Shown piece by piece: positions 24,720-32,000 of a stretch of 32,000 nucleotides of DNA; position 1 is the first letter of the stretch; the number at the start of each line of letters is the position of its first letter. The stretch is from Kineococcus radiotolerans SRS30216 = ATCC BAA-149. GTDB lineage: Bacteria; Actinomycetota; Actinomycetes; Actinomycetales; Kineococcaceae. The position numbers and the translations under genes are program-made. The notes beneath the pieces are model-generated. The model saw nothing but the letters and a program-made list of their open reading frames with translations, made no database searches and had not been told where the DNA came from. The stretch is taken from contig NC_009664.2 of NCBI RefSeq assembly GCF_000017305.1, forward strand, positions 3,900,001 to 3,932,000, given 5' to 3'.

Positions 24720-27178
24720 CTAGGCGCGCAGCAGCAGGGCCACGGGCAGTTCCGCGAGCACCTCCGCGATCCGGGTCGCGCCCCCGGGCAGTTCGGCCCC
24801 GGTGAACGCGTTGCGCCACGTCCCCTCGGGCAGGGTCAGCGTGTGCTCGCCCCACCCGCCCAGGCGTTCCAGCGACACCGGCAGGCGCGTCGCGACGGCC
24901 ACGACCCGCGGGTCGTCCACGGGGCCGCGGGCGAAGGCGACGGCGTTGCCGTTGGTGGAGGGGACGGGGGAGTAGGCCGCCGCCGGACCGGTGAACGCCT
25001 CCGGGTGGTCCCGGCGGGCGCGCAGGGTGCGGGAGACGACGAGCAGCTTCTCGTCGTCCAGGTCCGCCGGCCCCGACCCCGCGTCCAGCGCGGTCAGGCG
25101 ACGGGCGCGGTCGTCGTAGTCGACGGGGCGCCGGTTGTCCGGGTCCACCAGCGACAGGTCGACGACCTCGGTGCCCTGGTAGACGTCGGGCACCCCCGGC
25201 ATCGTCAGCTGCACGAACTTCTGCCCCAGCACCGCGGTGCGCGCGGCGGGGGCGATCAGCTCGACGAACTCCCCGACCGCCGCCAGCACGGCCTCGTCGC
25301 CGAGGACCCCGGTGGCGAAGCGTTCCACCGCAGCCTCGTAGGCCTCGTCGGGCGCGGTCCACGTGGTGTGGTCCTTGGCCTCGCGGGTGGCCTTCTGCAG
25401 GTACGCCAGCAGCCGCTCGGGCGCGATCGGCCCCGACCGGCCCCAGGTGCCGACCAGGGTCTGCCAGATGAGCAGCTCGGTGCGGGCGTCGAGCTCCGCG
25501 GCCCGGTGACCGGTGGCCAGGTCCCGCCAGGACGCGACCGCGGCGGCCCACTCGTCGGTGAACTCCGACAGCGTGGACAACCGGGCCCGGACGTCCTCGC
25601 TGCGCTTGGTGTCGTGGGTGGAGAGGGTCGTCATGGTGGCCGGCCACTCCCGCGACAGCTTCGCGGCGAAGGAGTGGAACTCCTCCGGGGAGGTCCCGAA
25701 GCGGGTCGGGTCCCCGCCCACCTCGTTGAGCGAGCTCAACCGGAACCAGCGGTAGAACGCGGTGTCCTCGATGCCCTTGGCCATCACCGGCCCGCACGTC
25801 TGCTGGAAGCGGACCACGAACTCCGCGGTGCGCTCGTCCTCGGTCGCCACCCGGCCCAGGGCCAGGTCCACCACGACGGCGAGGGTGTCGTGCCGCTCGG
25901 CCGGCAGCCGGTGCCGGGCCAGCTCCGCGGCCTCGTCGAGGACCTCGATCGCGTCGGCCGGGGCGGGTTCGCCGGGCACGACGTAGGCGCGGTACTGCTC
26001 GACGGCGACCAGCAGCTCCACCACGCTCTCGTGGAACCCGCGGCGGGTGTGGTCGCGCAGGTCGACGTGGTCGTGGCAGATGCCGGCCAGCAGTTCCACC
26101 AGCCGGTGGACCTCGGCGTACAGCCCGTGCTCCACGACCTCGCGCTTGGCCTCGTCGACGATCGCGCTGAACGGCCGGGTCTCCCCGGTCACGGCGGCGT
26201 ACTGCGCCGACAGGGGCTCGGCGCCGGCGGAGTCCAGGAACAACCCGCCGATGCGCTGCAGGGCGTCGTAGCCGGTGGTCCCGGCGCACTCCCAGTCCTG
26301 CGGGAGGGTCTCGTCGCCCTCGAGGATCTTCTCCACCACGACCCAGGCGCTGCCCCCGTCCTCCCCGTCGGCGGCGCGGGTGGCGGCGGCGAGGCGGCGC
26401 AGGTACCCCCGCGGGTCGGCGAGGCCGTCGGGGTGGTCGATGCGCAGGCCCTGCAGGTCGCCCGCCCGCAGCAGCTCCAGCAGCAGGGCGTGGGAGGCGT
26501 CGAAGACCTCCGGGTCCTCGACGCGGATCGCGGCGAGGGTGTCCACGTCGAAGAAGCGCCGGTAGTTCAGCTCCTCGTCCGCGACCCGCCAGTGGGCCAG
26601 CCGGTACCACTGCCGGTCCACCAGCTGGGCCAGCGGCAGGTCCTCCGTGCCCGGGCGGACCGGGAAGACGTGGTCGTAGTAGCGCAGGACCAGCTCGTCC
26701 CCGGAGTCGTCCAGGGCCAGCTCCCCGTCGGCGAGGACCTGCCCGATCCGGCGCCCGAGCACGGCCATGAGGATCGCCCGGTCCGGCACCGACCAGTCGA
26801 CGTCGAACCAGGACGCGAACGGGGAGTCCGGCCCCTCCTTGAGCACCGACCACAGCTGGGCGTTGTCCGACGCGGGCGTGGGCACGGCCATGTGGTTGGG
26901 GACGACGTCGGCGACCGCGGCCAGGCCGGCCGCGCGCAACGCCGCCACGAGCCGCTGGAAGCCCTCCCGCCCACCCGCCTCGGGGTTCAGGTGGGAGTGG
27001 TCGACGACGTCGTAGCCGTGCTGCGACCCCTTCGCCGGGGCCAGGACCGGCGAGAGGTAGGCGTGCGAGACGCCCAGCGCGGCCAGGTACCCCGCCTGCG
27101 CGGCGGCGTCGTCGAAGGTGAACGCAGGCTGCACCTGCAGGCGGTAGGTGCTCGCGGGCACCACCGTCGGGCGGTAGG

Positions 27179-27182
<4 letters not shown>
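24720..27182 (-). CDS. treY: Malto-oligosyltrehalose synthase
   Basis: STYRLQVQPAFTFDDAAAQAGYLAALGVSHAYLSPVLAPAKGSQHGYDVVDH, DVVPNHMAV and LRIDHPDGLADP. GTG 27182 overlaps the glgX TGA. Confidence 0.93.
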
Positions 27183-29320
<2,138 letters not shown>

Positions 29321-29508
29321 CGCGGGGTTCCCTCCGGGGGGATGTCGGGTGCGGGTGTGACCGGCACATCATGTCGGGTCGCCGCCCCGGTCACCTCCCG
29401 GAGCGCCTCCCCGGGCGGTGGGCGCCGCCCGGCTACCGTGTCCCGGTGCCCGGGGACCCGCCGCGTCCCCGCGGTGGCGGACGGCCGGGCGGCGACCCCG
29501 AGGAGACG

Positions 29509-30456
29509 ATGCACGAGCAGCCCGCCCTGGTCCTCCCGGCGCCGGCGCGGGTGTGGCGCGACGTGCGCGCCCTCGTCGCGGGGACCGTCGGGGCCTGCGT
29601 GCGCTTCCGGGTGACGGGCCTGGCCGCGGAGGGGGGCTTCTTCGCCCTGCTCTCGCTGCCGCCGCTCGTCTTCGGGGTCGTGGCGAGCCTGGGCTACCTC
29701 GGCCGCTGGCTGGGGGCCGAGGACGTCGCCGCGGCGCGCGGGCAGCTGGCCCGGATCACCGAGGCCGTCTTCACCTCCCGGGCCATCTCCGACGTCATCC
29801 TGCCCACCTTCGACTCGGTGACCACCGCGGGCCGCGCCGACCTCACCCTGCTGGCCTTCCTGGTCAGCGTCTGGTCCGGCTCGCGCGCGCTGAACGTCCA
29901 CGTGGACACGATCGCGATCATGTACGGCCTCGGAGGGCACCGCGGGATCGTGCGGACCCGCCTGCTGTCCCTGTCGACCTACCTCGTGGCCCTGCTCGTC
30001 GGCGTCGTCGTCGTCCCGCTCGTCCTGGTGGGCCCGCGGCTGCTGCAGGAGTGGCTGCCGGAGCACCTGCGGGTGCTCTCGCAGCTGTACTGGCCGGTGG
30101 TGCTGGTGCTCTCGGTGTCCTGCGTGACCACGCTGTACCACCTCGCCACCCCCGTCCGCTCGCGCTGGTGGCGCGACGTGCCGGGCGCGCTGCTGGCGCT
30201 GCTGGGGTGGTTCGTGGTCTCCGCGGTGCTGCGCTGGTCGCTGTCGCTGTCCGTGGCGGGCCCCTCGACGTCGATCTACGGTCCGCTCGCGGCCCCCATC
30301 GTCGTCCTCGTCTGGTTCTACTTCCTCGCCATCGCCGTCCTGATCGGGGCGGCGCTGAACTCGGCCGTGGACCGGGTGTGGCCGGACCCGGGCCGGGCCG
30401 CGGCCCGCGAGGCCGCCCGGGTCCAGGCGGCCGAGCGCCGCCGCTGGGTGCCCTGA
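29509..30456 (+). CDS. YihY/BrkB (virulence factor BrkB / former RNase BN) family membrane protein
   Basis: GLAAEGGFFALLSLPPLVFGVVA, FLVSVWSGSRALN and a C-terminal YGPLAAPIVVLVWFYFLAIAVLIGAALN. ATG 29509 follows GAGGAG. An upstream in-frame ATG at 29371 is possible. Confidence 0.8.
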   Translation: MHEQPALVLPAPARVWRDVRALVAGTVGACVRFRVTGLAAEGGFFALLSLPPLVFGVVASLGYLGRWLGAEDVAAARGQLARITEAVFTSRAISDVILPTFDSVTTAGRADLTLLAFLVSVWSGSRALNVHVDTIAIMYGLGGHRGIVRTRLLSLSTYLVALLVGVVVVPLVLVGPRLLQEWLPEHLRVLSQLYWPVVLVLSVSCVTTLYHLATPVRSRWWRDVPGALLALLGWFVVSAVLRWSLSLSVAGPSTSIYGPLAAPIVVLVWFYFLAIAVLIGAALNSAVDRVWPDPGRAAAREAARVQAAERRRWVP

Positions 30457-30475
30457 CCCGCCCGGTCCGCCTCCC

Positions 30476-31657
30476 GTGGGGAAGACTGGGCCCGTGGACC
30501 AGCCCGCCCAGCACCCCGCCCGCCGGCTCCTCTCCGCCGGCACCCGCCGCGCCCGGGACGTCGCGGCCCGCGCGCGGCTGCAGACCCACCGCCTCGCCGG
30601 CTACCGCCCCCGCAGCGAGCTCGTGCTGCCCGCCACGGAGGTGCCCCGGGCCGCGGTCCCCGCCGTGGACGTCCACAACCACCTCGGCCGCTGGCTCACC
30701 GGGGGGCACGCCTGGCTGGCCCCCGACGTCCCCGCGCTGCTGGCGCGCATGGACGAGCTGAACATCGCCGCGATCGTCAACCTCGACGGCCGCGTCGGGG
30801 ACCTCGAGGCCAACCTCGACCGCTACGACCGGGCCCACCCGGGGCGCTTCGCGACCTTCGCCCACGTCGAGTGGCACCGCGTGGCGGAGGGGCCCGCCGG
30901 CACCGCGACCCTCGTGCGCCAGGTCGAGGCCGCCGCCCGCGCCGGCGCGGCGGGGCTGAAGGTGTGGAAGGACCTCGGGCTGCTGGTGCGCGACGAGCGC
31001 GGGGCGCTCGTGCGCCCCGACGACCCGCGCCTGGGCGACGTGTTCGACGCCGCCGGCGAGGCGGGGCTGCCCGTCCTGGTCCACATCGGCGACCCGCCGG
31101 CGTTCTTCCGGCCCGTCGACCGCTTCAACGAGCGGCTCGAGGAGCTCACCGTGCACCCGGACTGGAGCTGGCACGGGCGGGGGGTGCCCACCCACGCCCA
31201 GCTGCAGGACGCCTTCGACGCCCTCGTGGGGGCGCACCCGGGGACGACGTTCATCGGCGCCCACGTCGCGGGCTGGGCCGAGAACCTCCAGTGGGTCGGC
31301 GACGCCCTCGACCGCCACCCCAACCTCGTCGTCGACACCGGGGCCCGGCTGGCCGAGCTCGGCCGTCAGCCCCGCGCCGCCGCCGCGTTCATCGCCCGCC
31401 ACCCCGACCGCGTGCTCTGGGGCAGCGACAGCTTCCCCTTCGACCCCGACGCCGTCGCCCGGTGGTTCCGGGTGCTCGAGACCGCCGACGAGGCCTTCGA
31501 CTACGGCCCGGTGCCCGACCAGGGGCGCTGGACGGTCTCGGGCCTCGACCTCCCGCCCGAGCTGCTGCGGGCCGTGTACGCCGACAACGCCCGCCGCGTG
31601 GTCCCGGCGCTCGCGGGGCCGCCGCGAGCGCCGGAGCGGGATCAGGCGGCGCTGTAG
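30476..31657 (+). CDS. Amidohydrolase-family metal-dependent hydrolase (TIM barrel)
   Basis: HxH motif AVDVHNHLGRW, plus VLVHIGDP, IGAHV and LWGSDSFP. The start is uncertain (GTG 30476 or GTG 30494). Confidence 0.75.
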   Translation: MGKTGPVDQPAQHPARRLLSAGTRRARDVAARARLQTHRLAGYRPRSELVLPATEVPRAAVPAVDVHNHLGRWLTGGHAWLAPDVPALLARMDELNIAAIVNLDGRVGDLEANLDRYDRAHPGRFATFAHVEWHRVAEGPAGTATLVRQVEAAARAGAAGLKVWKDLGLLVRDERGALVRPDDPRLGDVFDAAGEAGLPVLVHIGDPPAFFRPVDRFNERLEELTVHPDWSWHGRGVPTHAQLQDAFDALVGAHPGTTFIGAHVAGWAENLQWVGDALDRHPNLVVDTGARLAELGRQPRAAAAFIARHPDRVLWGSDSFPFDPDAVARWFRVLETADEAFDYGPVPDQGRWTVSGLDLPPELLRAVYADNARRVVPALAGPPRAPERDQAAL

Positions 31658-32000
31658 TCCAGCGCCCGGGCGCGCCCGGGCCCGGGCACCGCGCCGGCGA
31701 GCCGCCGCGGCAGCGGCACCCCGGCGGTGCGGAACAGGATGGCCAGGTGCTCGCGGGCCAGCCGCTGGGGGTCGAACCGGCGGGCGAACTCCGGGCCGCG
31801 GGCGGCGGCCTCCCGCAGCGGCCGCGGGTCGGTGAGGTGCGCCGCGAGGGCCTCGGTGAGCGCCTCGACCGACTCCGGCTCCACCAGCCGCCCCAGCTCG
31901 CCGTCGTCCAGCAGCATGCGGCTGCCCACCGAGCAGTCGGTGGCCACGACCGGCACCGCCAGCGACAGCGCCTCCAGCAGGGTCAGCGGCATCGCTTCCG
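31642..32000 (-). CDS. Glycosyltransferase family 1 (GT4-type), C-terminal part; 5' end outside window
   Basis: LTLLEALSLAVPVVATDCSVGSRMLLDDGELGRLVEPESVEAL is the GT1 C-terminal nucleotide-sugar binding motif. The frame is open to the window edge. Confidence 0.75.
   Translation of the reverse strand, partial: EAMPLTLLEALSLAVPVVATDCSVGSRMLLDDGELGRLVEPESVEALTEALAAHLTDPRPLREAAARGPEFARRFDPQRLAREHLAILFRTAGVPLPRRLAGAVPGPGRARALDYSAA

Noticed and set aside
29355-29370. CRP/GlxR-type site TGTGA-N6-TCACA upstream of glgX
   Set aside because: The left half, TGTGA, is present. The right half reads CATCA, which matches only 2 of 5 positions.
29371-29508. Longer YihY N-terminus starting at ATG 29371
   Set aside because: The added 46 residues are Pro/Arg/Gly-rich, with weaker GC3 and no SD. 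ATG 29509 follows GAGGAG. I keep this only as an alternative start.

Overview
Compact, very high-GC (about 73-75%) actinobacterial core chromosome with about 37 CDSs, short intergenic gaps and many 4-nt GTGA stop/start overlaps. I found no tRNA, rRNA, CRISPR, transposase or integrase. Left to right: hrpA 3' end; a CIRCE-controlled hsp20 plus a small unknown ORF; the conserved block syntenic with M. tuberculosis Rv1822-Rv1832 (CDP-alcohol phosphatidyltransferase, DUF881, small basic protein, DUF881, gcvH, FHA regulator GarA/OdhI, MerR/FtsR-like, DUF151 nuclease, second MerR); a SUKH/SMI1-like gene and an orphan ParA/MinD-like ATPase; a glycine riboswitch driving gcvP, followed by vanZ-like, nfeD and SPFH/stomatin genes; a translationally coupled minus-strand trio (unknown 167 aa, DUF2243, CtaG-like) back-to-back with an MBL hydrolase, Fe-S photolyase/cryptochrome and PPOX/F420-type operon; rhodanese plus SufE; zapE; a NiCoT nickel/cobalt permease with a perfect palindromic operator; glgX-treY-treZ-NUDIX; yihY/brkB-like; amidohydrolase; and a partial GT1 glycosyltransferase. 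The least explained parts are the unknown/DUF2243/CtaG trio with its divergent photolyase operon, the atypical glycine riboswitch, the NUDIX gene coupled to treZ, and the orphan ParA plus SUKH pair. All family calls come from motif recognition by eye; no database search was run.
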